Shown: positions 38,386 through 47,797 of the stretch, in pieces | How the letters are laid out: every line of letters begins with the position of its first letter | Numbering within the stretch: the stretch's first letter is position 1 | Assembly (NCBI GenBank): GCA_047601445.1 | Contig: JASGJH010000001.1 | Location: forward strand, 3,296,001-3,360,000 | From: Myxococcales bacterium | GTDB taxonomy: Bacteria > Myxococcota_A > Polyangia > Polyangiales > DASUME01 | Direction of reading: 5' to 3' | Length of the DNA: 64,000 nucleotides | Program-made: the position numbers and the translations under genes | The notes under the pieces: model-generated | The model's input: only the letters and a program-made list of their open reading frames with translations | The model's database searches: none | Told to the model about the DNA's origin: nothing

Positions 38386-38449
38386 GTCGCTAAGGGTAGC
38401 AGTCTCGGCGGACTCACCGAGCAGTTTCGGTATCGGGTACAATCGAGGC

Positions 38450-39094
38450 GTGACGCCCTCGCACCGGTCCCGCGCGCTCGCGCTCGCCATGCTCTGCAGC
38501 CTGGCCGGGGCAGCGTCTGCGCGAGCTCAAGATGCCGTGGAAAGCCAGATACGAGAGATGCTGGCCATGGGCGTGGAATCGAGCCTGCCTCCGGCGGCGT
38601 ACGCGGCCCTGGGAGCCTCCGGGACGCGCGCGCTGATCAGCGTGTTCGAGCGAACGGATGCCCCCCGTCATGTTCGCTTGCGTGCCCTCGGGGTGCTTTC
38701 GGCGCTCGATGACGAACGAGCCAGCGAGTACCTCGCGCGGTTGGTGGAGCTGCGCTCTTCGGCGCAGATGGAGGGGCTGGGGAACTTGCACCCGCTGCGC
38801 TCGCCGAGCGTGTTGCGCCGCGCGCTCCAGGGGTTGACTCGACACCCGGGCAAGGTCGACGCCAGCCGCGTGATGCCGCACCTCGCCCATCGCGACGCCA
38901 CCGTGCGCGCGGCCGCTGTGCGTTTGCTCGCGAGCAAGCCCGAACCGTCGGTCACGCGAGCGCTGATGGGACAGCGCGAGCGGGAGCGTTCGCGCGAAGT
39001 GCTCGGAGCCCTCGAGATCGCCCTCAAAGATCGATCTGCTCTACCCGCAAGCCCTCCACCGGACGCCCCAGGAAGCGGCTCGCCACCTCGCTGA
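38450..39094 (+). CDS. Secreted HEAT-repeat protein
   Basis: Signal peptide ending ARA-Q; VRLRALGVL and HRDATVRAAAVRLL repeats. Confidence 0.65.
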   Translation: MTPSHRSRALALAMLCSLAGAASARAQDAVESQIREMLAMGVESSLPPAAYAALGASGTRALISVFERTDAPRHVRLRALGVLSALDDERASEYLARLVELRSSAQMEGLGNLHPLRSPSVLRRALQGLTRHPGKVDASRVMPHLAHRDATVRAAAVRLLASKPEPSVTRALMGQRERERSREVLGALEIALKDRSALPASPPPDAPGSGSPPR

Positions 39095-39854
39095 AGCGGC
39101 CCGGCATGTCCGTCACGAACATGGCCAGCTCGCCCTGGGCCGGCCGCTCGGGGCTCGTATTGGCCGCGAGTCCCCGTTCTTCCAACAAGTGTTGGAGTTC
39201 CTGGGCGGCCGCCTCGGCGCTGTCGACGATCTTGGTGTCAGGGCCGCAGAGCAGCTTGGCGCGCTCGTCGATGAGCGGGCGGAACAACGGGTAGTGCGTG
39301 CAGCCGAGGACGATGCTGTCCACCTGATGCCGTGCCAGCTGCCCGAGGTAACGGTCGATCACCAGCCCCGGGACCTCTCCCTCGACCCAACCTTCCTCGG
39401 CCAAGGGGACCAGGAGGGGCGCCGGCAGCGCGAACACCTCGCTGCGCGAATCGACGCTCGAGACGGCGCGGGGATAGGCCCCGGAGAGCACCGTTCCCCC
39501 GGTGGCGATGACGCCGATGCGCCCACTCTGGCTGGCCGAGACCGCGGCTCGCGCCCCCGGCTCGATGACGCCGAGCACGGGGATATCGAGCTCGACCCGC
39601 AACATGTCGAGGGCCACCGCGCTGACTGTGTTGCAGGCTACGACCAGCATCTTTATGCCGCGCCGCTGCAGGTGGCGTGCACAACTACGGGCATAGCGGA
39701 GCACGGTCTGGGAGCTGCGGGTGCCGTAAGGAACACGTGCAGTATCACCCAGGTAGACGAGATGTTCGTGGGGCAGGAGGTCGTAGATGGCACGGGTCAC
39801 GGTCAGGCCCCCCAGGCCCGAGTCGAAGATGCCGATCGGTGCGTCGCGGTCCAA
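39024..39854 (-). CDS. murI: Glutamate racemase
   Basis: PIGIFDSGLGGLTV, VPYG, VACNT, LGCTHYP. TTG start inferred. Confidence 0.95.
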   Translation of the reverse strand: MDRDAPIGIFDSGLGGLTVTRAIYDLLPHEHLVYLGDTARVPYGTRSSQTVLRYARSCARHLQRRGIKMLVVACNTVSAVALDMLRVELDIPVLGVIEPGARAAVSASQSGRIGVIATGGTVLSGAYPRAVSSVDSRSEVFALPAPLLVPLAEEGWVEGEVPGLVIDRYLGQLARHQVDSIVLGCTHYPLFRPLIDERAKLLCGPDTKIVDSAEAAAQELQHLLEERGLAANTSPERPAQGELAMFVTDMPGRFSEVASRFLGRPVEGLRVEQIDL

Positions 39855-39936
39855 TTCTGCCCACTCCCCAGGGTGTGTGATAGCGTAGGCCCCTCTATTC
39901 AGGCCCGGCGCTGATAGAATCTCGAATGTAGCGCGG

Positions 39937-41604
39937 ATGGATGAACCTGCCCCCATACTGCTCGTTGCAGAAGCCGACGCATCGTCGCGGCCCCTGCGCC
40001 AGATCATCGAAGGACGCGGTCTCACGGTGGTCGGGTTCGAGCGTGCATCCCAGGTGCTCGAGCGCTTCCTGAAGCCCGCTGCGGCCATCGTGGCCGCGGT
40101 CGACCGCCGGACCGCCCCCGAGCTCGCCGCACTGCGCAGCCACGAGCTCTATCGCGACACCCCCCTCCTGCTGGTGTGGAACGAGAATCACACCGAGGCC
40201 CTGGCCTTGATGCACGCCTTGTCGGCCGAGGAGTTCGTGAGCGCCGGCAGCGCGGAGCTCGAGCTGGGGCCGCGCCTGGGCAAGCTGTTGCGCGCCGATC
40301 GCATGCGCAGGGAGCTCGTGCGCAAGCAGCGCGATGCCCAGCTCGCGAGCGAGCTCACGCGCACGCTGGCCTCCGCCGTGGACTTCCACGACATCCTCTT
40401 CACCGTGGTGCGCCGCATCGCCGAAGTGGTGCAGATCGATCGCGTCTCGGTGGTGCTCACGCCGCACGACGAGCCGGACCTGGGGTACGTCATCGCAGCC
40501 AGCGACGATCACGGGGTCGTGAACCTCAAGCTGAGCCTCGCCAAGTATCCGGAGATTCAGCAGGTCCTGCAGACCAAGGACGTGCTCACCATCAACGACG
40601 TGGCGACGCACCCGGTGCTCGACGGCGTGCGCGCCAGCGTGGCAGCGGTATCGGCGCTGTCGTTGATCCCCATCCGCTGGCAAGACCACGTGATCGGCGT
40701 GCTGTTCCTGCGCACGCTCGATCCGAACCACAAGCTCAGTCGCGATCAGCTAGAAGTCTGCACCATCATCGCCAACGCCACGGGCGCGGCCCTGCGCAAC
40801 GCGCATCTGATGCAGAAGCTTCGCCACGACCACCGTGAAGCGCAAGCCGCGCAAAACCAGGCCGAAGAGGCCGCCGAAAAGGAGCGCACCCTCGCGCTCG
40901 AGCTGCGCAAGAGCAGGGACTTCCTGGAGTCGCTCATCGAAGCCAGCGTCGACGCCATCGTGGCCGCAGACCTCAACGGCACCATCATCCTCTACAACAA
41001 GGGCGCCGAGCGCATCTACGGGTACAAGGCCGAGGACGTGCTGGGCAAGCTGCCGGTGACGCGGCTGTATCCCGAGGGCGTGGCCAAGGAAGTCATGCGC
41101 CGCATCCGCTCCCACGAATACGGCGGCACGGGCCGTCTCGAGGGCATGCACAGCGCGGCGGTGGACAAGGATGGGAATCTGATCCCCATCTCCCTGTCGG
41201 CGGCGATGATCTACGAGCACGGAAAGCCCAAGGCCACGGTCGGGATCTTCATGGATCTGCGGGAGCGCTTGCAGGTGGAGGAACGCCTCGCGCAGGTCCA
41301 GAAAAAGCTCGAAGTGAGCGAGAAGCAGGCTTTGTTGGCGGAGCTCGCGGGCACGGCCGCGCACGAGCTCAACCAGCCCCTGACCAGCGTGATGGGCTAT
41401 GGCGAGCTGCTGATTCGCAGACTCGCCCCCGGTACTCCCGAGCGAAACGCGGCCCAAGTGATCATGCAGGAGGCCGAACGCATGGCCAACCTGGTGCGCA
41501 AGATCGGCAAGATCACGCGCTACGAAACCAAGTCTTACGTGGGCGAGCAGAAAATCCTGGACCTCGATCGCGCCGTCGACGAGGAGCCCGAGTCCGAGCG
41601 CTGA
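39937..41604 (+). CDS. Signal protein: degenerate REC-GAF-PAS-HisKA, no HATPase domain
   Basis: H-box AAHELNQPL; the protein ends about 80 aa later (ITRYETKSYVGEQKILDLD) with no N/G boxes. Confidence 0.85.
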   Translation: MDEPAPILLVAEADASSRPLRQIIEGRGLTVVGFERASQVLERFLKPAAAIVAAVDRRTAPELAALRSHELYRDTPLLLVWNENHTEALALMHALSAEEFVSAGSAELELGPRLGKLLRADRMRRELVRKQRDAQLASELTRTLASAVDFHDILFTVVRRIAEVVQIDRVSVVLTPHDEPDLGYVIAASDDHGVVNLKLSLAKYPEIQQVLQTKDVLTINDVATHPVLDGVRASVAAVSALSLIPIRWQDHVIGVLFLRTLDPNHKLSRDQLEVCTIIANATGAALRNAHLMQKLRHDHREAQAAQNQAEEAAEKERTLALELRKSRDFLESLIEASVDAIVAADLNGTIILYNKGAERIYGYKAEDVLGKLPVTRLYPEGVAKEVMRRIRSHEYGGTGRLEGMHSAAVDKDGNLIPISLSAAMIYEHGKPKATVGIFMDLRERLQVEERLAQVQKKLEVSEKQALLAELAGTAAHELNQPLTSVMGYGELLIRRLAPGTPERNAAQVIMQEAERMANLVRKIGKITRYETKSYVGEQKILDLDRAVDEEPESER

Positions 41605-41631
41605 CGCTCTTGAGCCGATGAGAGTGGCCCT

Positions 41632-43299
41632 ATGAAAGCCAAAACTGCCGAGCGAAGCGAACCTCCTCAAGTCACCTCCCTGGTGACTTCGCTCAAGAGC
41701 CCTTCGCTCGACGAAGTCTTGAACGAGTTCCTGTCGCTGAGTCGAACGGTCAGCCTGGAGATGCACGACGAAGAGATCGTGCACGCCTACGTGAGCTCCA
41801 TGCTCAAGTTGTTCCCGGGTAGGCTGTTCGCCCTGCGTCTGTTCGAGCCCGACACGGGAGAGCTCTCGTTGGTCTACGCCACGGGGCGCCTGCGCAGTGA
41901 CCGCCGCGACACCGTGTACGTGACCACGCGGGCCCTCGAGGAGCAGGGCCTGAGCGAGCCCATCCCGCTGGCGGTGCTCGAGATCACGCCGCGCTACGTG
42001 CCCCTGTTCCACCAAGACGCCGAGGGCTTCGACGTGGCCATCGGCAACGGGCGCCGGGTGATCGGCGTGCTGGCGGTGGAGTACGTGCCGGGACAGGCCA
42101 TGGGCGAAGAGGATCCGCCGCGCATCGTGCCGGTGGCGCTGCAGCTCTCGGCGGCCCTGCGCAACGCGCGTCTGTTGCGCGAGTCGATGTACCTGCGCGA
42201 TTACCTCACCAAGCTCCTGGAGCACGCCAACGCACCCATCTTGGTGATCGGACGCAAGCGCGAGATCCGCGTGGTGAACCGCGCGCTCCTTTCACTCACC
42301 GGGTTCCGGCGCGACGAGCTCATCGGTCGTGACTTCACCAGCCTGCTCGACGACGAGGAGCGCTCGCGACTGCTGCCTGTGTTGATCGCCGCGTTGCGCG
42401 GTCAGTCGGCCACCGGGGTCGAGGTGCGCGTCCCGAGCAAGCGCGGCGGGGCAGCGCGTCTATTGATGAACACGGCTTCCGTGCTCAGCGCAGACGGTGA
42501 GGTAGAGGGCGTGATCGCCATCGGTCGCGACCTCACCGAGATCCGCGAGCTCGAGCAGCGCATCGTGCACGCCGAGAAGCTGGCCACGGTGGGGCAGCTA
42601 GCCGCCGGCGTGGTGCATGAGCTGAACAATCCGCTCACCAGCATCTCCGTCTACAGCGACTACCTGTTGAAGCAAGCCGAGCAGCAGAGCGCCGCCAGCG
42701 GCGTGAAGAGCCCAGACGCACACAAGCTGCGGCGCATTCACCAGAGCGCCGACCGCATCTTGAAGTTCACGCGCGAGCTGCTCGCCTACGCTCGCCCTAC
42801 CCCCGAAGAGCCGCGCTTCCTCGACGTGGCGCAACTGATCAGCAGCTCGCTCGAGTACTGCGACTACTTGATCACCGAGCGCGGCGTAGTGGTGAGCGTG
42901 GACCTGAGCGACTCCCTGGGGCCCATGCTTGGCGTGGCGGGACAGCTGCAGCAGGTGTTGGTCAACTTGATCACCAATGCGTGCCAGGCAATGCCGGAAG
43001 GCGCGGGCAACCTGCGGTTCTCGGCCCAGCCGAGCGACGACGGAAACGACGTCCAAATTCGGGTCACCGACAACGGCTTCGGAATCGCGCCCGACCACCT
43101 CGAGCGGATCTTCGAGCCCTTCTTCACCACCAAAGGGGAAGGTCACGGTACGGGCCTGGGTCTATCGATCGTGCGCAACATCGTGGAATTGCACAACGGG
43201 CGCATCGAGATCGAGAGCCAGCTCGGCAGCGGCACTACGTTCGTGCTCACCTTTCCCTCCCGCAACTTGGGGCGGGAGTACTCGCCACAGGGCGACTAG
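41632..43299 (+). CDS. Cytoplasmic histidine kinase GAF-PAS-HisKA-HATPase
   Basis: HELNNPL, NLITNACQA, DNGFGI, FEPFFTTK, GTGLGL. Confidence 0.93.
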   Translation: MKAKTAERSEPPQVTSLVTSLKSPSLDEVLNEFLSLSRTVSLEMHDEEIVHAYVSSMLKLFPGRLFALRLFEPDTGELSLVYATGRLRSDRRDTVYVTTRALEEQGLSEPIPLAVLEITPRYVPLFHQDAEGFDVAIGNGRRVIGVLAVEYVPGQAMGEEDPPRIVPVALQLSAALRNARLLRESMYLRDYLTKLLEHANAPILVIGRKREIRVVNRALLSLTGFRRDELIGRDFTSLLDDEERSRLLPVLIAALRGQSATGVEVRVPSKRGGAARLLMNTASVLSADGEVEGVIAIGRDLTEIRELEQRIVHAEKLATVGQLAAGVVHELNNPLTSISVYSDYLLKQAEQQSAASGVKSPDAHKLRRIHQSADRILKFTRELLAYARPTPEEPRFLDVAQLISSSLEYCDYLITERGVVVSVDLSDSLGPMLGVAGQLQQVLVNLITNACQAMPEGAGNLRFSAQPSDDGNDVQIRVTDNGFGIAPDHLERIFEPFFTTKGEGHGTGLGLSIVRNIVELHNGRIEIESQLGSGTTFVLTFPSRNLGREYSPQGD

Positions 43300-43338
43300 G
43301 CCGGAATGAAACCCGTGCTCCGGAGGTTGGTCACGGCG

Positions 43339-44784
43339 ATGGAAAAGAACTCGAAGGCTAAGATCTCGCGTGCGCTTTGTTTTGCTCGCGGGCGGACCCG
43401 CCCGCTTCGACTGATCGGCCTCGCGCTTGCTCTTCCCCTTGCCGCGGCGACCGCCGGCGCCTCCCCGCCCTCGGTGGCGGAGCAGAGCCCGGTGGCCACG
43501 GCGACCCAACTCGGAATGGCGTTCTCGCAGGTAGCCGAGCGCGTCTCGCCAAGCGTCGTCAGCATCCAGGTGGAGGTCAACCGCCCCCAGGCGCAGAGCT
43601 TTGGTTTCGGGTTCCCGTTCGGCCCTGCCCCAGATCGCGGCATTCAGCGCGGCGGCGGCTCCGGCGTGGTGCTCACGGCGGACGGCGGCATCCTCACCAA
43701 CAACCACGTGGTCGAGAATGCAACGCGCATCGTGGTGGCACTGCAAGACGGACGACGCTTCCCGGCCAAGGTCGTCGGAGTCGATCCAGCCACGGATCTG
43801 GCGGTGCTGCGCATCGACGCCAAGGGGCTGACGGCGGCTCGTTTCGGAGACTCGGACGCCGCCCAGGTCGGCCAGTGGCTGGTTGCCATCGGCTCGCCGT
43901 TCGGGCTCGACTACTCGGTGACCACGGGCGTGTTGAGCGCGAAGGGTCGCGGCGGCTTCAACGCCAACGAGATCGAGGACTACCTGCAGACGGACGCCAG
44001 CATCAATCCAGGCAACTCGGGCGGGCCGCTGGTGAACCTGCAAGGTGAGGTGCTCGGCATCAACACCATGATCATCGGGCACGCGAGCGGCATCGGCTTC
44101 GCCATTCCCTCGAACCTGGCTCGCCGAGTCAGCACGGAGCTGCTGCAGAAGGGCAACGTGTCCCGCGCCTGGATCGGCGTGTCCTATCAGGAGCTCACGC
44201 CCGAGCTCGCCTCGAGCTTCGGTGTGCAGCGCACGCGCGGCGCCCTGGTGAACGAACTGGTGCCCAACGGACCGGCGGCCAAGGCGGGCATTCGACCCGG
44301 CGACATCCTGCTCGAGATCCAGGGCCGTGAAGTCCGTGAAGGGCGAGACCTACTGCGCGCGGTGCTGCAGTATCCGGTGGGGCAGACACTCAACGTCACG
44401 GTGCTGCGCGACGGACAACAGAAGAAGCTCACGCTCGTGACGGCGGAGCGCCCCGGAGAGAACCACGAGGCGCGCGCCAACGGTGCGCGGAAGCAGCGCG
44501 GAAGCAACGGGGATGCGGGCGTGGCAGGGGCAGCGTTGGCTGCGCTCACGCCGGAGCTGGCGAGGCGCATCGACTACAGCGGCCCGGGCGGCGTGGTCGT
44601 CACGGGCGTAGCGCCAGGGTCGGCGGCCGATCGCGCGGGGCTCACGCGCGGCGACGTGATCGAAGAGGTCAACCGCAAGGCCGTGCAGAGCGAAGCGCAG
44701 GTGGAAGAGGCGCTCTCCAAGGGCAAGGCGCTGCTCAAACTGCACCGCCAGGGGGGCACGTTCTTCGCCGTGTTCGGCGAGTAG
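43339..44784 (+). CDS. HtrA/DegP-DegQ serine protease with two PDZ domains
   Basis: TNNHV, TDLA, QTDASINPGNSGGPL; signal peptide. Start at 43339 or 43306. Confidence 0.93.
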   Translation: MEKNSKAKISRALCFARGRTRPLRLIGLALALPLAAATAGASPPSVAEQSPVATATQLGMAFSQVAERVSPSVVSIQVEVNRPQAQSFGFGFPFGPAPDRGIQRGGGSGVVLTADGGILTNNHVVENATRIVVALQDGRRFPAKVVGVDPATDLAVLRIDAKGLTAARFGDSDAAQVGQWLVAIGSPFGLDYSVTTGVLSAKGRGGFNANEIEDYLQTDASINPGNSGGPLVNLQGEVLGINTMIIGHASGIGFAIPSNLARRVSTELLQKGNVSRAWIGVSYQELTPELASSFGVQRTRGALVNELVPNGPAAKAGIRPGDILLEIQGREVREGRDLLRAVLQYPVGQTLNVTVLRDGQQKKLTLVTAERPGENHEARANGARKQRGSNGDAGVAGAALAALTPELARRIDYSGPGGVVVTGVAPGSAADRAGLTRGDVIEEVNRKAVQSEAQVEEALSKGKALLKLHRQGGTFFAVFGE

Positions 44785-44814
44785 CCGAAGCGTTTCGAGT
44801 GCGGGTCTTGGTCT

Positions 44815-44873
44815 CGGCGTGACCTTCGATCCGCCGTTTGGTTGGCCGGCGTGACCATGGGTCCGCCGGCCAA
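44815..44873. repeat. Two tandem 22-bp hairpin repeats, likely bidirectional terminator
   Basis: CGGCGTGACCTTCGATCCGCCG (44815-44836) and CGGCGTGACCATGGGTCCGCCG (44847-44868), between convergent genes. Confidence 0.55.
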
Positions 44874-44888
44874 ACGCGCTCTAGCAGA

Positions 44889-46676
44889 TCAGAGTCGCTC
44901 GAGCGTGACCTCGATGGCAGCATCCTTGCCCACCACCTGATACTTGGGACGCAGCCCGGGCAGGAAGTCCACCGTGAGCTCGGCGTAGTCACCGCGATTC
45001 AGAATCATCGCGCGCGCCACGGCCCGGTGCGAGGTCGCGATGGGACTGGCCCGATCGAGCGCCAGTCGACCCGGGACACGCACAGTGAAGCCGTCGTCGC
45101 GACTTTCTCCTTCGACGCTGTCGACCGGGCCGCTCATGCGCAGGGAAAATGTGCGCCCGTTGGGCACGTCGGCTTCGCCAAAGCTGAGACTGCCTGGCTG
45201 ATTCGCGGGGGCTGCCGGATCGGCAACGGGGAGCGTGGGTAGCGCGGCTCCGGGCTGCGCCGCCGTGGGCTCCTGGCCGAGCACGGCCGGAGCGGAGCTC
45301 GGCTCGGTGGCAGCGGGCGCGGCAGGGGCGTAGCCGTTGGGTGCAGGCGTAGTGGCCTCGAGCCCGGGATCGCGACGCACGCGGATGCGATCGGCGCCAG
45401 AGCGTGGTGCCAGCGCGTACACGCCGAGTGCGATGCCTGCCGCGGCCAGGCCGATGGCGAGCCAGCGCGAGCCCTGGCTCTTCGTGGGCTTGCCGGTGGC
45501 GGGTTCGGGCGTGCGCGCAGCGGCGGCCGAGCTGCGCTGGACGCGCGGGGCCGGAGCGGTTGCGCGCTTGGCCGCAGAGGGCTTGCGAAGCTGAGCAAAG
45601 CGGGCCTTCTGGGCGGACACCAGCAGGCGCACACGCGCGAAGAACACGGCGAGCTTGGACTTGGCCTCAGGCCAGTGGGCATCCCGCAGCTGAGACGTCT
45701 GTCCGCGAAAGCCGCCCGCCCACCCCTTGAGCATCGGAACCAGGCGAGCCCAGCGGGCGGTCAGCCAGGCGAGCCACGTCTTGGCGAACGCGATGAGCTG
45801 CGCAGCAGCCGGGACGGCCGTCGGCAAGAGATCGGGCTCGGTGTCCGAGCCAAGGCTCGGTTCGGATGCGTCGGCAGACGTCGTCTTGAACTCGACGGTG
45901 GCTTGCGACGCGCGAGGCTCGGGCTTGCGCGCGGCGACCGGCACCACCATGGGCGCGGGATCGACTTCACGTGCGACAGGCGCAGGTGCGGCCTCTCGCA
46001 CCATGGGTGCAGGTGCAGGTACGGCGACCTGGGAGAGCTCGATGGGAACCACCACCTCGCGAACTTCGGCCTCGGCGTCGAGCAAGATACCGAACACCAG
46101 CGTCGGCACATCGAGAGCACCGTGACGCAGCTCCACCGATCCGATGCGACCCCGCCGGGTGCCAATGCCGGGCACGTCGATGGACACACCACGGCCGAGC
46201 TTCAGGAAGTTCAGCTCCTGCTCGAGCACGATGCTGCCATGGTCAGCGAACAGGACGTCGGTCTCCACCGGCGCGCCCACGCCGTCGATGCACATGTTGG
46301 CCACCCGCGGCAGCTGCGGCTCTGGAGCGGGCTCCTCCCACAGCTCGGGCTCCACATGGCGGCGGATCGCCGTGGCGCTCTTGGTGTCCAGCTCCAGGAA
46401 GCGCATCCCGAACGCGCCGTCGTGATCGCTCTGCCAGTGCGCCCAGACGACCTCGCCCTCGGCGCGCACCCGCTCGCCCTCGGGCGAGCAGCGGAACTGG
46501 CACTTCAACTTTGCCCCGACCGGAGGCACGAAGGCTGCGCGCATGGCCAGACCGCCGGGGCTCAGATCGAGTCCGTCGGCTTCCAGCACCTCGCTACCAT
46601 CATCGCTGCGCAGCTCGATCAGGGCATCGAGCGGCACCCGCTCTTCCCTTCGCCCGCTGTGGACCGCAGTTTCCAT
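44889..46676 (-). CDS. PilZ-domain membrane protein with periplasmic C-terminal domain
   Basis: RREER (RxxxR) and DLSPGG (D/NxSxxG); GEVVW...GMRF; Pro-rich linker; TM; beta-rich C-terminus. Confidence 0.8.
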   Translation of the reverse strand: METAVHSGRREERVPLDALIELRSDDGSEVLEADGLDLSPGGLAMRAAFVPPVGAKLKCQFRCSPEGERVRAEGEVVWAHWQSDHDGAFGMRFLELDTKSATAIRRHVEPELWEEPAPEPQLPRVANMCIDGVGAPVETDVLFADHGSIVLEQELNFLKLGRGVSIDVPGIGTRRGRIGSVELRHGALDVPTLVFGILLDAEAEVREVVVPIELSQVAVPAPAPMVREAAPAPVAREVDPAPMVVPVAARKPEPRASQATVEFKTTSADASEPSLGSDTEPDLLPTAVPAAAQLIAFAKTWLAWLTARWARLVPMLKGWAGGFRGQTSQLRDAHWPEAKSKLAVFFARVRLLVSAQKARFAQLRKPSAAKRATAPAPRVQRSSAAAARTPEPATGKPTKSQGSRWLAIGLAAAGIALGVYALAPRSGADRIRVRRDPGLEATTPAPNGYAPAAPAATEPSSAPAVLGQEPTAAQPGAALPTLPVADPAAPANQPGSLSFGEADVPNGRTFSLRMSGPVDSVEGESRDDGFTVRVPGRLALDRASPIATSHRAVARAMILNRGDYAELTVDFLPGLRPKYQVVGKDAAIEVTLERL

Positions 46677-46843
46677 ACTTCTCCTTCGAGAACCATCGCC
46701 GGCCGAAGACAGAACCCCGGCCCATAGGCCTTGATCCCAGAATGTCTCCAGCGGGTCCAGTTTTCGGCGTCGCCTCGCGGGCCCGAACGGCGTGCCGGCC
46801 GTTCTCTTGACCTTTGGCGGATCGCACGCGAAACGTGGACGCG

Positions 46844-47797
46844 ATGGCGGTCAAACTCGTGGTTCGCCACCCGGGTAGCTCGGGTGAACGGGGCGAGGTG
46901 AGCTTTGAGTTCGAGCAGGTGCGGGTCGCCATCGGCCGCAGCGCGGGGGCCGACGTGCGCCTGCCGGGCCTGACCGTCAGCGAGCTGCACGCCACCCTGG
47001 AGCTGCAAGGAGGGCAGGCGCGGCTGCGGGACGAGGGTTCCACCAATGGGACACGAGTCAACGGCGTCGCCCTGGTGCCCACTCGCCCGCGCAGCCTGAT
47101 CACCGGCGACGTGATCGAGATCGGTGACTTCAGCATTGCCTTTAGTAGCGGCCCCCTCCTGGGCGTCGCCACCTCGCCCGAACGCACGGCGTCCCTGGCG
47201 CGCAGGCTGCTACAGGAGCTGGCCGATCCCAGCTCGGAGGCCCGAGCCGCGCATTTCTTGCGCATCGCGCAGGGCCCCGATCAGGGCACCCTGATCAACT
47301 TGGCCGAGGCGCCGAGCAGGCTCGTGATTGGACGTGGGGAGGAGGCCGGCCTCGTGCTGCGCGATCCCGACGTATCGCGCGAGCACCTGGAGATCTGCTG
47401 CGACCTCGACGGCGCAGTGGCGCGCGACCTGGCCAGCAAGAACGGGCTCGAGGTCAACGGCAAGCGGCTACGCGAACGTCGCCTGCGGCACGGCGATACC
47501 CTGCGCCTGGGGGCCACGGCCATCGTCTACGAGGATCCTGCCGAACAAGCTCTCCGCGGCCTGGAGGGGCAGCCGGACCAGCTGATCACGCGCACGCGCG
47601 AGAGTGCGCCGGCCGCGACCGCCGAGAGCGCGCCCAGCGCAGCCTCCGAAAGCGCGTCCCCCTCGGGCCTACCGGCTGCCAGCGCGCCCGCGCGTACGCA
47701 GGTCCCCAAGACCGCCAGCACCGACCTGCTCATCTATGGTCTGGCCGCCCTGATCCTGGTGGCGAGCCTGGCCGGCCTGGTGTGGCTGTTTCGCTAG
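46844..47797 (+). CDS. Tandem FHA-domain protein with C-terminal TM
   Basis: IGR...VSELH...STNGT and IGR...VSREH...SKNG. Confidence 0.88.
   Translation: MAVKLVVRHPGSSGERGEVSFEFEQVRVAIGRSAGADVRLPGLTVSELHATLELQGGQARLRDEGSTNGTRVNGVALVPTRPRSLITGDVIEIGDFSIAFSSGPLLGVATSPERTASLARRLLQELADPSSEARAAHFLRIAQGPDQGTLINLAEAPSRLVIGRGEEAGLVLRDPDVSREHLEICCDLDGAVARDLASKNGLEVNGKRLRERRLRHGDTLRLGATAIVYEDPAEQALRGLEGQPDQLITRTRESAPAATAESAPSAASESASPSGLPAASAPARTQVPKTASTDLLIYGLAALILVASLAGLVWLFR

Noticed and set aside
39937..41604. Pseudogene call for the ATPase-less kinase
   Set aside because: Clean stop, normal codon bias and no leftover HATPase fragment; treated as an intact gene.
40750..42225. 491-aa minus-strand ORF
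   Set aside because: Antisense to the two kinase genes.
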